A stretch of 64,000 nucleotides of DNA from an uncultured candidate division Zixibacteria bacterium (lineage in GTDB: Bacteria; Zixibacteria; MSB-5A5; UBA10806; 4484-95), in the NCBI GenBank assembly GCA_963668625.2, contig CAXXKA010000010.1:1-64000 (forward strand). Direction: 5' to 3'. Positions 9,368 to 19,834 of the stretch are shown one piece after another (within the stretch, counting starts at the first letter, position 1; every line of letters begins with the position of its first letter). Position numbers and translations under genes: made by a program. The notes under the pieces are model-generated. The model saw nothing but the letters and a program-made list of their open reading frames with translations, was not told where the DNA came from and ran no database searches.

Positions 9368-10372
9368 GTGATGAAAAGTAAAAATATGATCATACTGGTT
9401 GTAGTGCTGGCGGTTCTCGTGGTTATTTACCTGGCACAAAACATGGGTTCTGATAAGATGACTGTCAGCGAGAGCCTTCTCGATTTATATCCCGATTTCA
9501 ACTCCTCAAGCGTGACTGCTATCAAAGCATACAAGCAGGACTATCCCGATTCGGGGCTGATGTTCGTAAAACAGGATAATAACTGGCTGGTCGAGTCGTA
9601 TTATAACGCCCCGGCAAAAGTCAGCGAAATCGAGAAGCTGTTTACCGATATCGATAACCTTCAGGGTGAAATCCGTTCGCTGAACCAGGATCTTTTCTCC
9701 GACTACGATATCGAGGATGCAAAAGCTCTTCATGTGGAATTCCTAGGCTCGGATAATTCCGAGATAGCCCATATCCTTTTTGGCAAAGGCGTACCGCAAG
9801 CCTCGCGTTCGAGTTTCCTTCGCAACTACGGCCAGGATACGGTTTATATGGGCAGCGAGAATTTCATATCACGTTTCGCCGCCTGGAACGCCGATCCAGC
9901 CAAGAGGCTGCCGGCAAAACGCTGGGTGGAAATGAAACTGGCCGATTTCGACAAAGAGTCCTCGAAGCAAATAGAACTCGTAAAAGGTAAAACTAAATAC
10001 CTGTTCGAAAAACAGGAGCAATCAGTAATGGAGGATACTGTCGAGACGACTAAAGAGGTCTGGGTACAGGTGAAACCCTCCAAAGATAAGCTCGATGAAA
10101 TGAAAATCGATGGTATATTAAGTCGTATCGGCGCGCTCCGGGCCATGGAGATTGTCAGTGGCGAGATACTGCCCGACCAGGGTCTTGTCGATCCGAAATA
10201 TATAGCCGGTGTTACTTTAAAAGATGGAGCCACGCAGGTGTTTTCGTTCGGCGCCGAAACCGATACCACCTCCAGTGCTTACTACGTAAAGGTTGAAGGC
10301 CGGCCGCTTGTTTATAAAGTAGCCAAGTTCAATTTCGAGGCGATTTTCGATCAGCCATTCGAGAAAAAGTAG
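9368..10372 (+). CDS. DUF4340-family protein
   Basis: N-terminal TM anchor, two repeated domains, typical position after GldG. Confidence 0.7.
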   Translation: MMKSKNMIILVVVLAVLVVIYLAQNMGSDKMTVSESLLDLYPDFNSSSVTAIKAYKQDYPDSGLMFVKQDNNWLVESYYNAPAKVSEIEKLFTDIDNLQGEIRSLNQDLFSDYDIEDAKALHVEFLGSDNSEIAHILFGKGVPQASRSSFLRNYGQDTVYMGSENFISRFAAWNADPAKRLPAKRWVEMKLADFDKESSKQIELVKGKTKYLFEKQEQSVMEDTVETTKEVWVQVKPSKDKLDEMKIDGILSRIGALRAMEIVSGEILPDQGLVDPKYIAGVTLKDGATQVFSFGAETDTTSSAYYVKVEGRPLVYKVAKFNFEAIFDQPFEKK

Positions 10373-10402
10373 ATAGTTAGTTTCGAAATATCGAGTTATT
10401 TC

Positions 10403-10432
10403 AGGGCATCCGCGCAGGTGGATGCCCTTTTT
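10403..10432 (+). terminator. Intrinsic terminator
   Basis: agggcatcc...ggatgccct stem followed by TTTT, just after the gld operon. Confidence 0.75.
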
Positions 10433-10495
10433 ACCTGGTAGATATACTCCAACCTAGAGATTCATATAATAGCCTTTTAACATTATGTAAATTGA

Positions 10496-10750
10496 CACTA
10501 GTGTCCGGTCTTTTCATCTCGTTGCGAAGCGCTGCTTCGCAACGTGGCTTGTTTGCCGGCAGAATGCGCATTCTACATGATTCAAGAAGGTTTCCAAGCA
10601 GCGCTTGGAAACCAGAAAACCAAGCCTAACATCGGCAGGATATGTCAGGATGAATGATACGCTGAATAAAATAATTATATCGGAAAATATTTCTCATTAA
10701 CAATTCCAAGGAGAAATTTAAAATTTAACGAAAAACACCGGACACTAGTG
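10496..10750. mobile_element. 255-bp MITE, copy 2
   Basis: Same TIRs as copy 1; 9-bp TSD GTAAATTGA at 10487-10495 and 10751-10759. Confidence 0.9.
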
Positions 10751-10879
10751 GTAAATTGACATTTTTCATTTTAGCTTTAGCAAATATCATGATGTTCAGC
10801 AACTCGAATCGTTCTTTAAAGTACATCGTTAGACTATCACTGCTCATCTTTTTACTGCTATCTTTCCGTATTGCCGGTT

Positions 10880-11049
10880 CGCTAAATTTTCAAATCAAAC
10901 CAGTCTGGTATCTCAAGCATGTATATTTCGGGCCGATGGTCGAGTATCGCTACATGTTCTATGATTTTGATGGTTTTGAGAGCAGCTCGAACGACAATAA
11001 AAGGGCACACCTTGTCTTTATTGGGATCGTAATGGGCGTGCACTGTTAA
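10880..11049 (+). pseudogene. Possible C-terminal remnant of a beta-barrel outer-membrane protein
   Basis: Alternating-aromatic strands (VYFGPMVEYRYMFYDF...HLVFIGIVMGVH); no credible start or RBS. Confidence 0.3.
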
Positions 11050-11135
11050 AATCCAGCGCCCGGTCGATATAATTCTACGTTTGGCCATCATTGAAATAGT
11101 TTGACCTCAGATTAACAAATATATAATATGTCTAC

Positions 11136-12368
11136 ATGCGATCAGGCTTGATTCTGGCGATTTTCGCCGTCATGTTGACATATGCCTCCACCCTGTATGT
11201 AGGGGATGACTCGGCGCATCGCCGTAATGATGGATACAAAAACGGCTATTACAGTGATATTCAAATAGCTATCGATAAAGCCGTTGACGGCGATACGATC
11301 CGCATCGCCCCCGGTGTATTTCATTCCAAAACCTATGCATTCCCGGAATCGTTGTGCGGTAACTGCGAGGATCATTTGGCTGAGGTAAACGCTACGCGTG
11401 GATTCCTGATAAAAGACAAGGGTCTGACGATAATCGGTACCGGCAAAGACTCGACTACGCTCGTTACCAATGCCGGTTATGGGGTACTGTTTCTTGATTC
11501 GGAGCGCTCCACGATCATGCATTTGAAAATCACCGGCGGTAAGCGCGATTTGAACGAGATGGCCACCGATGCCGGTATCGTTGCCCGCAATTCCAGCGTG
11601 ACTATTACCGAATGTGCGATCGAGGATAATACCGACCGCCCCGAGGATATCGTAGTTGGCATTGGCGGCATATTCGGCCGCGAGGGCTCGGAGCTTTTCA
11701 TACTCGGCAATCGTATATTCAACAACGGCTGGGACGGTATTGCGCTTTATCGGGGAGCCACCGCTTATATTGCTGATAACAGCATAAACGGCGGACGCGG
11801 CGCCGGTATCGGTATCACCTGGGATGCTACGGCTCAGGTTTATCGTAATACTATAGAGAATTACTGGAAAGGCATCGGAGCATTCGGCGATTCGCGAGCG
11901 ATCGTCTCTAATAATATTGTGCAAGACAATCTCGGTTGGGGGATTATCATTACCGGTACGGCTTATATGGATGCCACCAATAACATCGTAACGAATAACG
12001 GCAACTGCGGTTTGGCGATATGGTCGAACGATTGCGAGGGGCGGTTTGCTAACAATATAGTTTTCAAAAACGGCTGGCGCGAACAATGGGTTTGTCCGCC
12101 GGTCGGCTTGTGGAATAACGGCGACTATAGCAATATCATTATCTCGCATAACGACATATTCGATAATACCGGAGGAGAAATTAAAGGCCTGCCGGAGATA
12201 TTCGGCAGTGATGGAAATATATCGGTCGATCCGCTGTTTAGCGGGGATGCCGGCTATATACTCATGCCCGAGTCTCCCTGCGTAAACAGTGGTGATCCGA
12301 AAATAACCGATAACGACGGCAGCCGCTCCGATATGGGAACAGGCGGCGGTCCACGAGCGAAAAAGTAA
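11136..12368 (+). CDS. Secreted right-handed parallel beta-helix protein
   Basis: Signal peptide, IQ.AID.A.DGDTI.I.PG start, repeated NN.I..N...GI coils, DP.F and SPCVNSG..DMG tail. Confidence 0.8.
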   Translation: MRSGLILAIFAVMLTYASTLYVGDDSAHRRNDGYKNGYYSDIQIAIDKAVDGDTIRIAPGVFHSKTYAFPESLCGNCEDHLAEVNATRGFLIKDKGLTIIGTGKDSTTLVTNAGYGVLFLDSERSTIMHLKITGGKRDLNEMATDAGIVARNSSVTITECAIEDNTDRPEDIVVGIGGIFGREGSELFILGNRIFNNGWDGIALYRGATAYIADNSINGGRGAGIGITWDATAQVYRNTIENYWKGIGAFGDSRAIVSNNIVQDNLGWGIIITGTAYMDATNNIVTNNGNCGLAIWSNDCEGRFANNIVFKNGWREQWVCPPVGLWNNGDYSNIIISHNDIFDNTGGEIKGLPEIFGSDGNISVDPLFSGDAGYILMPESPCVNSGDPKITDNDGSRSDMGTGGGPRAKK

Positions 12369-12398
12369 TTTATTAGCTTAAAGCATAAGAAGGTATTC

Positions 12399-13172
12399 AT
12401 GTCAAACATACATGCAACGGCAATCGTAGCCCAACCGGATAAAATCCCCGCAAGTACGACCGTGGGGCCGTACGCTATCATCGAGGAAGATGTCGTAATC
12501 GGTGAAAATGTTTGGATCGATTCGCATGTCTCCATCAAGGATGGTTCCCGTATAGGAGATGGCTGTAAGATATTCCATAGCGCGGCTATAGCCGGGCCAC
12601 CGCAGGATTTGAAATTCGGCGGCGAGAAAACCGAGCTGGTACTGGGGAAAAACTGCATAATTCGCGAATTCGTGACATTAAATAGAGGCACTCTGGCTCA
12701 TGGTAAATCCGAGATCGGCGATGATTGCCTGTTCATGGCTTATAGCCATGTGGCTCACGATTGTATCATCGGTTCGAATGTGATTGTAGCTAATAACGTG
12801 CAGATGGGGGGGCATGTCGAGATCGGTGATAATGCCATAATCGGCGGTTCCTCGGTGATACATCAGTTTTGCGTTGTCGGCGAACATATCATGTTCGGCG
12901 GCGGATTCAGAACCACCCAGGATATCATGCCGTATTCGCTGGTAGCGGGTTATCCACTCCGGTGTATGGGATTAAATTCCATCGGTTTGAAACGTCGCGG
13001 ATTCCCCGAGGAAACCATATTGAAACTGAAAACGGCTTATCGATTCTTACTTAGCAAGAAACTAAAAACCCGCGAGGCGTTGGCTAAAATCGAAAACGAG
13101 ATAGAGATGATACCCGAGGTGAAACGCCTGGTAGAATTCGTGCGTTCCTCCGAAAGGGGTGTTATCAAATGA
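12399..13172 (+). CDS. lpxA: UDP-N-acetylglucosamine acyltransferase
   Basis: Hexapeptide repeats; PQDLKF, IREFVT.NRGT, HVAHDC, HQF, GLNSIGLKRRGF. Confidence 0.95.
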   Translation: MSNIHATAIVAQPDKIPASTTVGPYAIIEEDVVIGENVWIDSHVSIKDGSRIGDGCKIFHSAAIAGPPQDLKFGGEKTELVLGKNCIIREFVTLNRGTLAHGKSEIGDDCLFMAYSHVAHDCIIGSNVIVANNVQMGGHVEIGDNAIIGGSSVIHQFCVVGEHIMFGGGFRTTQDIMPYSLVAGYPLRCMGLNSIGLKRRGFPEETILKLKTAYRFLLSKKLKTREALAKIENEIEMIPEVKRLVEFVRSSERGVIK

Positions 13173-14152
13173 TCAAATTCGGTTTAATCGGCTGCGGCCA
13201 TATGGGAAAATTTCACGCCTCAAAACTAAAGGCGATCAAATCCGTGGATTTCGTGGCTTGCTATGATGTTGATCCCGAAAGAGCGAAAGAGATTGCCAAA
13301 GCAGGCAAGTGCGCGGTGTTCAAAACGGTTGAGGAATTTATCGGCAAAGTCGATGCCGTTATCGTGGCGGTGCCAACCGGGAACCATCTTGAGGTATCGC
13401 TGCCCCTTCTGGAGAATGGCATAGCTGCGCTTCTGGAGAAACCCATTGCCGGCGATCTGGAGTCGGCCGAGAAAATTGTCGAGACAGCAAAAGCCAATAG
13501 CGCCGTGTTGCAGATAGGCCATAGCGAAAGATTCAACTCGGTGTTTCGAGCCTCGCGCGATTATATCAAGAATCCGCGATTCATAGAAACCCATCGCCTG
13601 GCGCCGTTTAAAGGCCGGGGTAATGATGTTGCAGTGATACTCGATTTGATGATTCACGATATCGATCTTCTGCTTGATTTGACCGGCTCAGAACCCTCGA
13701 AAATCGAGGCCGCCGGTGTGGGAGTATTAACCGAGACATTCGATATTGTTAACGCCCGGCTGACATTTCCCACCGGTTGCGTAGCTAATATCACTTCCAG
13801 CAGGATATCGCTCAAGGAGATGCGGAAATTGCGGGTATTCCAGCAGTCGGGGTATATATCGATGGACCTGGCTAAGGCGGAACTCGAAGCGTACTCGCTG
13901 GAGCCGGCCGATTCGGAGAAAGCGCGCAAAGCAGGGTTGTTCTCCAAATTCTCGCTACCTGATGGCCAGGTGATCGTGCGAGATACCAGCGATATCCCCC
14001 GGGCCGATAACCTTCAATGTGAAATCGAATCGTTTATCGAGGCGATCGAGGGCAAGCATCCCCCGGTGGTATCGGGGCGTGATGGTTTGACCGCGCTCAA
14101 AGTCGCCTTGAAGATCGAGGAAGTTTGCCGGGAATATCAGCAAACCCTATGA
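13169..14152 (+). CDS. Gfo/Idh/MocA oxidoreductase, probable UDP-GlcNAc 3-dehydrogenase (GnnA-like)
   Basis: GCGHMG, EKPIA, GHSERFN, DLMIHDID, SRIS...RKLRVFQ; lies between lpxA and lpxB. Confidence 0.75.
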   Translation: MIKFGLIGCGHMGKFHASKLKAIKSVDFVACYDVDPERAKEIAKAGKCAVFKTVEEFIGKVDAVIVAVPTGNHLEVSLPLLENGIAALLEKPIAGDLESAEKIVETAKANSAVLQIGHSERFNSVFRASRDYIKNPRFIETHRLAPFKGRGNDVAVILDLMIHDIDLLLDLTGSEPSKIEAAGVGVLTETFDIVNARLTFPTGCVANITSSRISLKEMRKLRVFQQSGYISMDLAKAELEAYSLEPADSEKARKAGLFSKFSLPDGQVIVRDTSDIPRADNLQCEIESFIEAIEGKHPPVVSGRDGLTALKVALKIEEVCREYQQTL

Positions 14153-15282
14153 AAAATATACTCATTATAGCGGGCGAGGCCTCCGGAGATACGCTGGGAG
14201 CGGGGCTTGTCAGGGAGTTCCGGAAACTCAGCTCCGACTACGACTTTTTCGGTTTCGGCGGTGATAAAATGAGTAAGTTGGGGGTGGAGCTTACCTACCA
14301 TATCAATCAACTGGCTATATTCGGTTTCTGGGAGGTGCTAAAGAATATTCTGTTTATCATGAAAGTAAAGAGGGATATCTTAGCGCAGGTGGATAAGCTC
14401 AAACCGGAAATGGCGATACTTATAGACTACCCCGGTTTCAACCTTCGTTTAGCGCCACTTCTGAAAAAACGCGGTGTGAAAGTATTTTATTATATAAGCC
14501 CGCAGATATGGGCCTGGGGCGGCAAGCGAATTTCCAAAATTAAACGGGATGTCGATCACATGGCGGTGATATTCGAGTTCGAGCGGAAGCTGTACGAGGA
14601 GGCGGGCGTGCCTGTCACCTGGGTAGGGCATCCCCTGCTGGATGAGATTGCCATAAATATATCGCACGAGGAATTTTTAGGTAATTGTGGCCTGGGGCCA
14701 ACCGAGGCGCCTATCGGGCTGTTCCCCGGATCACGAGAGCAGGAGGTAAAACGTATACTGCCGGAGATGCTCGAGGCGTTGAAAATTATCTCGGTGGGCT
14801 ATCCCAACGCGGTTGGGATTATCGGCAAAGCCCCGGCGCTCAGTTTCGATTTTTACCAGCAGATTATGGATAAGGCCAAGTGGCATGTAGCTTTATATAA
14901 CGCTTCCAATTACGATATCATGAAACATGCGAAGGTCAACATTGTCTGTTCCGGTACGGCCACGCTCGAATGCGGGATAATCGGTACGCCGATGGTGATA
15001 GTGTATAAAACTTCCCCCGGAACCTATATGATAGCCAAACGATTAGTGAAACTACCGCATATAGGGATGGTTAACCTGGTAGCCGAAAAAGAGGTGGTGC
15101 CGGAGTTGATTCAGGATGATTGTAACGGCGGTAATATCGCGGGGCAAGTATTAAAATATCTCAATGACAAAGAATACTATCGCGAGATAAAATCTCAACT
15201 GGAGAATATCCGCTCGAAACTCGGTGAATCTGGCGCCTCGGTGAGGGTGGCCGAGACGGCGCTTGATGTGATTAAACAATAA
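14149..15282 (+). CDS. lpxB: Lipid-A-disaccharide synthase
   Basis: AGEASGD, IDYPGFN, YISPQIWAW, VGHPLLD, PGSR.QE, SGTATLE; ATG at 14149 overlaps the upstream stop. Confidence 0.95.
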   Translation: MKNILIIAGEASGDTLGAGLVREFRKLSSDYDFFGFGGDKMSKLGVELTYHINQLAIFGFWEVLKNILFIMKVKRDILAQVDKLKPEMAILIDYPGFNLRLAPLLKKRGVKVFYYISPQIWAWGGKRISKIKRDVDHMAVIFEFERKLYEEAGVPVTWVGHPLLDEIAINISHEEFLGNCGLGPTEAPIGLFPGSREQEVKRILPEMLEALKIISVGYPNAVGIIGKAPALSFDFYQQIMDKAKWHVALYNASNYDIMKHAKVNIVCSGTATLECGIIGTPMVIVYKTSPGTYMIAKRLVKLPHIGMVNLVAEKEVVPELIQDDCNGGNIAGQVLKYLNDKEYYREIKSQLENIRSKLGESGASVRVAETALDVIKQ

Positions 15283-15324
15283 AATTGACTTTCCCTGTTA
15301 ATATACGTAATATTTTCAACTATT

Positions 15325-15972
15325 ATGGATCGCCCTTTTAGTTTGAAACAGAAAATACTTCTGGCTATAGCATCCACCATAGGCCCCTTGCTGCTGAAAA
15401 TGCTCGGTTATACCTGGCGTGTCAGCTATGAAAATCCTTATAGAACCGCCCCCATGCGTAAAAAGGGAATCAAGCGAATCTACTGTTTCTGGCATAACCG
15501 CTTGCTGGGGTTGGCGTTTACCGAGCGTAAAAAAAATGTCGGCATACTCATCTCATCGCATTTCGATGGCGAGGTCGTTGCCCGCATAGTCGATCGCATG
15601 GGGTATCACCCATTGCGCGGCTCCTCGACCCGTGGCGGTACCGCCGGTTTGCTTTCGATGCTCCGTGATGACAAAGTCTGGTACCTCGCGCTCACCGTGG
15701 ATGGTCCTCGCGGCCCTAAAGGCGTAGTCAAACCCGGCGCTATTTTCCTGGCCGCCAAGTCGGGACTCGAGTTAATTCCGGTCTCCTGCGATTCGGACAG
15801 CAAATGGGTGTTGCCTTCCTGGGATGGTTTCCAGGTTCCCAGACCGTTCGCCCGAGTGACAATCAGTATGGGCAAGCCGATCGTAATAGATAAAGTTACC
15901 GGGCATACGGCTATAAAAAAGCAGGCCGGGGAGCTTGCCAGAAAGATAAACGAGTTAAACAAGTGTACCTGA
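15325..15972 (+). CDS. DUF374 acyltransferase family (LpxJ-like lipid A secondary acyltransferase)
   Basis: FWH, S.H.DGE, RGSSTRGG, DGPRGP, SWD.F.VP.PF; upstream of waaA. Confidence 0.75.
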   Translation: MDRPFSLKQKILLAIASTIGPLLLKMLGYTWRVSYENPYRTAPMRKKGIKRIYCFWHNRLLGLAFTERKKNVGILISSHFDGEVVARIVDRMGYHPLRGSSTRGGTAGLLSMLRDDKVWYLALTVDGPRGPKGVVKPGAIFLAAKSGLELIPVSCDSDSKWVLPSWDGFQVPRPFARVTISMGKPIVIDKVTGHTAIKKQAGELARKINELNKCT

Positions 15973-17216
15973 TCTATCAATTAATTATCGTACTGGTTTT
16001 AATCATAGCCAGCCCATATTTCTTATTCATGATAATCGTGGAAAAGCACGGTATCCGGGAGAGATTGGGGTTGTGGAAATTCAAAAAGGATGACCGGAAG
16101 GTGGTCTGGTTTCACGCTGCCTCGATGGGGGAGCTGAAAGTAATAAACAACGTTCTGCCCGAGCTATTGAAAAATAAACCTGATATACGAGTAGTAATCA
16201 GCACTATGACAAAAACCGGTAAAACCCGGGCGCAGAAATTGTTCGAGCCGATCGAGGTATTTTACGTGCCGATAGACTTTCCGTTATTCATCAAGCAAGC
16301 CCTAAAACGAGTTGAACCCTCGCTGTTGGTGCTGGTGGAAACGGAGATCTGGCCGGTGCTGATAAGCGAGTCCTCGAAAGCAAATACCATGCTGGCGATA
16401 GTAAACGGCAGGTTATCCAGCAAATCGATGAGATTGTACGAGCTTTTCGGGAGTCTGTTCGGTCCGGTCGTCAAGGAACTGGATATCGTGATGGCTCAAA
16501 CGAGACAGTACAGCGAGCGTTTTATCGAGTTGGGGGTCAAGCCTGAAAACGTGTCGGTGATGGGGAATATCAAATTCGATCAGGTACTAGATCTGAATGT
16601 CAAACCACTCGATGGGGTATTGGATAAATATATCAACCGTCACGACAGGTTCGTGTTTATCGCCGGATCGATCTGGCCTAACGAGTTCGATAAAGTGATA
16701 AAACCGTTAAAGAAACTGCAGCGATCACTCCCGCAACTTAGCGTTATACTGGCGCCCCGTCACATGAAAAACCTTCCCCGGCTGGAGGAGTCGCTTAGTG
16801 CAATCGGTTTGTCATATTTCAAACGGTCGGCTATGGTTGATGGCGATAAATACGGCAACGTAATGGTACTCGATACGATGGGCGAGTTAAGCAGCCTGTA
16901 TCGTTACGCTGATTTCGCTTTCGTAGGCGGCTCGTTCGTGAACGTGGGCGGGCACGATCCGCTGGAGCCGGCGTCATCAGGATGCCCGGTTTGTTTCGGG
17001 CCGAACATGGGTAACTCGCGTATGTTCGTCGATATACTGCTCGATTCTGGCGGCGCGTTTTACGTTAGTGATGAACATGAATTGGAAGCGCTCCTGGCGA
17101 AAATGCTTAACGACAAATCCATGGCAAAAGAGCTGGGCCGCAAAGCTCGCCAGGTGGTGTTGGATAACTCGGGCGTATCGAAAGGCATAGCTACGAAACT
17201 GGCGGAATTTATTTAA
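15963..17216 (+). CDS. waaA: Kdo transferase
   Basis: WFHAASMGE, ETEIWP, NGRLS, GNIKFD, APRH, DTMGEL, GGSF...GGHD.LEP. Confidence 0.92.
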   Translation: MYLIYQLIIVLVLIIASPYFLFMIIVEKHGIRERLGLWKFKKDDRKVVWFHAASMGELKVINNVLPELLKNKPDIRVVISTMTKTGKTRAQKLFEPIEVFYVPIDFPLFIKQALKRVEPSLLVLVETEIWPVLISESSKANTMLAIVNGRLSSKSMRLYELFGSLFGPVVKELDIVMAQTRQYSERFIELGVKPENVSVMGNIKFDQVLDLNVKPLDGVLDKYINRHDRFVFIAGSIWPNEFDKVIKPLKKLQRSLPQLSVILAPRHMKNLPRLEESLSAIGLSYFKRSAMVDGDKYGNVMVLDTMGELSSLYRYADFAFVGGSFVNVGGHDPLEPASSGCPVCFGPNMGNSRMFVDILLDSGGAFYVSDEHELEALLAKMLNDKSMAKELGRKARQVVLDNSGVSKGIATKLAEFI

Positions 17217-18224
17217 ATGAACCGGTTCACAAAACTCATACTCTGGAAATTATCGCTCGTTTACGGTTTTGCCATGTTTATCTGGGATATTTACTGGCGA
17301 TTTGCCCGGCGGGTAAGGCTAAAATGCAAGGTAATCTCGGTCGGTAATATTATCGCCGGAGGTACCGGTAAAACCCCGGTAGTGAGATATATAGCCGGTA
17401 TGGCAGCCGTATCGGGATATAAAACCGCCGTTGTAGCACGGGGGTACAAACGAAAATCAAAAGGCTTGATCGAGGTCGGCGACCGCTCCGATTGGAGCCA
17501 GGTCGGGGATGAACCGCTCGAGATTTATCGTACCACCGATAATGTGCGTGTCTACGTGCATCAGTCGAAAACAACGGCGGCGGAGAAAGCCTGCGCTGAC
17601 GGTGCGGAGGTTATAATCGTTGATGATGGTTTTCAGCATAGACGGCTATGTCGCGATATCGATTTAGTTTGCCTCGACTGGCAATCACCGTTCGGAAACG
17701 GCCGTATGTTGCCGCTGGGTATGATGCGCGAACACAGGCGGAATCTCAAACGCGCGGATATTATCCTGCGTACTGGTTTCGATAAGCAAGCGCGAATGAA
17801 AGATACGGTCAATTCCGATAAACCCTCATTTTATATCACGTCTTGGATAGAAAATTTCCTGAATATCAAAACCGGCGCGGTTAAAACTATCGAGGAAATG
17901 AAAGGCTCGACGGTATTGGCGTTCTGTGGTCTGGCTAATCCGAATAAATTCATCGCCGGTCTTAGTGAACTGGGAATAAAAATATCGAAAACGGCCGCCT
18001 TTCGGGATCATCACGATTACAGCGCGTATGATATGGAAAACTTGATCGGGCAAGCCGAAGAGATAAACGTTGATTGCCTGATAACTACATATAAGGATGC
18101 AGTCAAAATTGACTCTTTTGATTTCGATAAATTCGATATATATTCAGCCATGTTGAATGTATCGGTTGTCGACGGGGACGGTACCGATTGCCGGGAAGGA
18201 TTTAAAGAGGCGCTGGGGCTATGA
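17217..18224 (+). CDS. lpxK: Tetraacyldisaccharide 4'-kinase
   Basis: SVGNI..GGTGKTP, RGY, GDEP, DDGFQH, LP.G..RE, F.DHH.Y, TT.KDAVK. Confidence 0.93.
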   Translation: MNRFTKLILWKLSLVYGFAMFIWDIYWRFARRVRLKCKVISVGNIIAGGTGKTPVVRYIAGMAAVSGYKTAVVARGYKRKSKGLIEVGDRSDWSQVGDEPLEIYRTTDNVRVYVHQSKTTAAEKACADGAEVIIVDDGFQHRRLCRDIDLVCLDWQSPFGNGRMLPLGMMREHRRNLKRADIILRTGFDKQARMKDTVNSDKPSFYITSWIENFLNIKTGAVKTIEEMKGSTVLAFCGLANPNKFIAGLSELGIKISKTAAFRDHHDYSAYDMENLIGQAEEINVDCLITTYKDAVKIDSFDFDKFDIYSAMLNVSVVDGDGTDCREGFKEALGL

Positions 18225-19834
18225 TTAAGAAATACGATATACTGATTATCGGTTCGGGGATCGCCGGGTTGATGTATGCCTTGAAAGTATCGAGCCTCGG
18301 GCGTATCGCCATTATCACTAAGAAAAACCGCATGGACACCTCCACCAACTACGCCCAGGGCGGTATCGCCTCGGTGATGTCTAACTCCGACAGTTTTGAA
18401 AGTCATATAGATGATACTCTTCGCGTGGGCTGCGGCCTATGCAACGAAAATGTTGTCAGGCAGGTGGTCGAATCTGGGCCGCGCTATATTAACGAGCTGA
18501 TAAGCCTGGGGGTGGATTTCTCCAAGCAACGAGGTATATTCGAGCTGGGCCGCGAGGGTGGTCATACGCATAAGCGGGTAGTCCACTCCGCCGATCATAC
18601 CGGCCGAAATATCGAGAACGCGTTGCTTACGTCATTGGCCCAGAGGGAAAATATCGATCTATTCGAAAATCACACCGCCATAGATATCATCACCCAGCAT
18701 CATATAGGACGACCCTTGCCTAAGAACGGGCCGAGCTGCTACGGCGTGTATGTCTACGATAACCGGGCGGATACGGTTCATGTATTCAGCTCTCGTCTGA
18801 CTATGCTCGCAACGGGCGGCGCGGGCTATATTTACCAGCATACCACCAATCCCGATATCGCAACCGGGGACGGCGTAGCCATGGCTTATCGTTGTGGCGC
18901 GAAAATCACCAACCTCGAATTCGTGCAGTTTCACCCGACACGTTTGTATGCTCCGAACGAGGACCCGTTTTTGATCAGCGAGGCGGTTCGCGGCGAGGGC
19001 GGACGGCTGCTTTCCTCCGATGGCTGCCGATTCATGGAGGGCCGTCACAAGATGAAAGAGCTGGCCCCCCGGGATGTCGTAGCGCGGGCTATCGACTTGA
19101 TATTAAAGCAAACCGGTGATGATTGCGTGTATCTCGATATCTCTCATAAAGGCAAAAAATTCATAGGCAAACGATTCCCGACTATCATGGAAAAATGCCT
19201 GAGTATCGGGATCGACCCGGCAAAAGAACCGATACCGGTAGTTCCGGCGGCTCATTATTTTTGCGGTGGGGTAAAAACCGATATGCAAGGGCGGACATCC
19301 ATAAAATACCTGATGGCGGCCGGCGAGGTGGCCTCAACCGGTATGCATGGCGCTAATCGCCTGGCCTCCAATTCGCTTTTGGAGGCGGTGGCCTATGCCG
19401 ATTTCGCCGCCGAGTGGACCAAAGGTAATATCGAACATATCAGGCGGCGCAAGATGTTCAGCCTTCCGGTCTGGGATGAGTCGGGTGTATTCGACCGCCG
19501 CGAATGGGTGGTTGTCTCGCACGATTTGCGCAATATACGCAAGTTGATGTGGGACTATGTCGGTATCGTACGTTCGGATGACCGCTTGCAGAAGGCTATC
19601 GAGAGAATTTATTTGATGCGCAAACAGATAAAGCAGTTCTACAAGAAAAATCCGATCAGGCCGGAGGTACTGCTTCTTCGTAATATCGCCGATGTCGCTA
19701 TCATGCTTATCAGCTCGGCGTTGAAACGCAAGGAGTCACGCGGCCTTCATTACAATATCAATTACCCGGAAATAGATGATAATACATTCAAAAAGGAATC
19801 GGTGATTCAAAGAAATTTCAAGAAAGGCAAGTGA
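18221..19834 (+). CDS. nadB: L-aspartate oxidase
   Basis: [56 protein letters not shown]. Confidence 0.95.
   Translation: MIKKYDILIIGSGIAGLMYALKVSSLGRIAIITKKNRMDTSTNYAQGGIASVMSNSDSFESHIDDTLRVGCGLCNENVVRQVVESGPRYINELISLGVDFSKQRGIFELGREGGHTHKRVVHSADHTGRNIENALLTSLAQRENIDLFENHTAIDIITQHHIGRPLPKNGPSCYGVYVYDNRADTVHVFSSRLTMLATGGAGYIYQHTTNPDIATGDGVAMAYRCGAKITNLEFVQFHPTRLYAPNEDPFLISEAVRGEGGRLLSSDGCRFMEGRHKMKELAPRDVVARAIDLILKQTGDDCVYLDISHKGKKFIGKRFPTIMEKCLSIGIDPAKEPIPVVPAAHYFCGGVKTDMQGRTSIKYLMAAGEVASTGMHGANRLASNSLLEAVAYADFAAEWTKGNIEHIRRRKMFSLPVWDESGVFDRREWVVVSHDLRNIRKLMWDYVGIVRSDDRLQKAIERIYLMRKQIKQFYKKNPIRPEVLLLRNIADVAIMLISSALKRKESRGLHYNINYPEIDDNTFKKESVIQRNFKKGK

Noticed and set aside
5187-10761. Composite transposon carrying the gld operon
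   Set aside because: Each MITE has its own distinct TSD, so they inserted independently rather than as one unit.
11142-12149. 335-aa antisense ORF and the many other short overlapping ORFs in the track
   Set aside because: Shadows of well-supported genes on the opposite strand or frame.
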